A stretch of DNA of 64,000 nucleotides from Malacoraja senta (lineage: Eukaryota). Shown here one piece after another: positions 62,959-64,000 of the stretch; the stretch's first letter is position 1, and every line of letters begins with the position of its first letter. The notes beneath the pieces are model-generated. The model was not told where the DNA came from, ran no database searches, and worked only from the letters and a program-made list of their open reading frames with translations. Both the position numbers and the translations under genes were made by a program. The stretch is taken from NCBI GenBank assembly GCA_038087875.1, contig JAXLNO010000309.1, forward strand, positions 62,001 through 126,000, written 5' to 3'.

Positions 62959-63402
62959 GCTGCGCGGCCGCAGTCACAGCCACCGATACAGCGCCGCGAT
63001 CAGGATGGCCGCCGCTGGTGAGTCACGTGCGGCGGGCCGACGTCATCGCAGTCGGCCCGCCCTTTTTTTACTTACCGCAAGCACGTGGGACCCGCCGTGT
63101 TTGAATTAACTCGGCCCCCGCGCAACATCCGTGCGGCGCTCCGGTGGATAGGCTCGACGCTCTCGCCGTTGCCGCGCGGTCCTCGCTACCGGCGACGCCG
63201 CGCTTCACCACCGATGACCGCAAACAGGTAAGACAGAGCCTTAATAGGCAGGAATGGCAGCTCTGTGCGAGAGCCACTAAGAGTGAATGGGGGAGGTTGT
63301 GGGGAGATGCACTGAATGTGTGGGTGGGAGGGGAATGGCAAGGAGCAGAGTGGGGGAGTGAAGGGAGGTGGGGCGACTGAGTGAACTGCCAGCCCACCAG
63401 CC

Positions 63403-64000
63403 GTGAGGGTCAACCTTTTCACACAGAGTGATAGGTTTATTGAATAAGTTGCCAGAGGAGGTAATTGAGGCAGATATTAAAAGATCATTTAAAAGATATT
63501 TCGACAGGTGCATGAACAGAAACGATTTAGAGGGATATGGGCCAAACTCGAGCAAGGGCGACTAGTTCAGATGAGGCACTGTCGTCGGCATGGGCTGGTT
63601 AGGCACGAGCTAAGACTCTATGACCAGTTTGCATGTAGCCTCAGTGTAGCGATGGAGAAGGTCTGGGACAACAAGGAAAATTGGGAATTGGAAGGGGAGT
63701 TAGCAAACGGAAAATCCATTAGACCTTCGCGGACCGAACGCGGGTGTTCAGCAAAGCAATCGCCGATGCTTTGTCTCACTGATATGCAAGACCAAGTTAC
63801 ATCGGCGGGAACTCCGGATGCAGGGGATGATGTTAGAGGTGCATGTGATTCTCTGTCTCACCTGGAAGGACTATGGGGTCCCTGAATGGAGGTAAATGGA
63901 CAGACATTACACCTCTTGTGTTTTCAGGGAAAAGTACATGGGGTGGGGTGTAGTTTGGCTGAAAATGGTTGAGTCCGGAAATTGGAGGCAGAGCAACTCG
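63403..64000. mobile_element. CR1 3' end (+) followed by a degenerate Penelope GIY-YIG fragment (-)
   Basis: Collinear with 37109-37535. 63720-63950 resembles 51650-51890. Confidence 0.7.

Larger units (their letters stand above)
46658..63402 (+). mobile_element. Helitron-like element with nested LINE, Penelope and L1 insertions (boundaries inferred)
   Basis: Starts TCTATATTACTAAAAG (Helitron-like 5' TC end) exactly where the CR1 is cut, and contains a Pif1 helicase. The CR1 resumes near 63403. No CTAG 3' end was seen. Confidence 0.55.

Overview
Eukaryotic, repeat-rich DNA. The repeat landscape (CR1, Penelope, Rex-Babar, HE1-like SINEs) suggests a cartilaginous fish such as a skate or ray (inference). 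From about 8 to 44 kb lies a head-to-tail (+ strand) cluster of two-exon class A orphan GPCR genes of the GPR139/GPR142-like group. Each has a 70-nt first coding exon, a phase-1 intron and a ~900-nt second exon. One copy is intact (23015-24136), one is open but internally frameshift-scrambled (8595-11303), three are frameshifted, and two are fragments, which is a birth-and-death pattern. From about 46.7 to 63.4 kb is a nested transposon stack: an old CR1 interrupted by a Helitron-like element (Pif1 helicase, 69-bp minisatellite, ETS/CRE/YY1 promoter-like module). That element is itself interrupted by a near full-length Crack/CR1-group LINE, a Penelope element and a full-length L1 with a 15-bp TSD. 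Notable observations: the two unrelated LINEs share a nearly identical ~63-bp 5' end; the Penelope ends carry hammerhead-ribozyme-like cores; a compensatory double frameshift replaces TM2 in one receptor; and several junctions carry templated insertions. All comparisons were made by eye.
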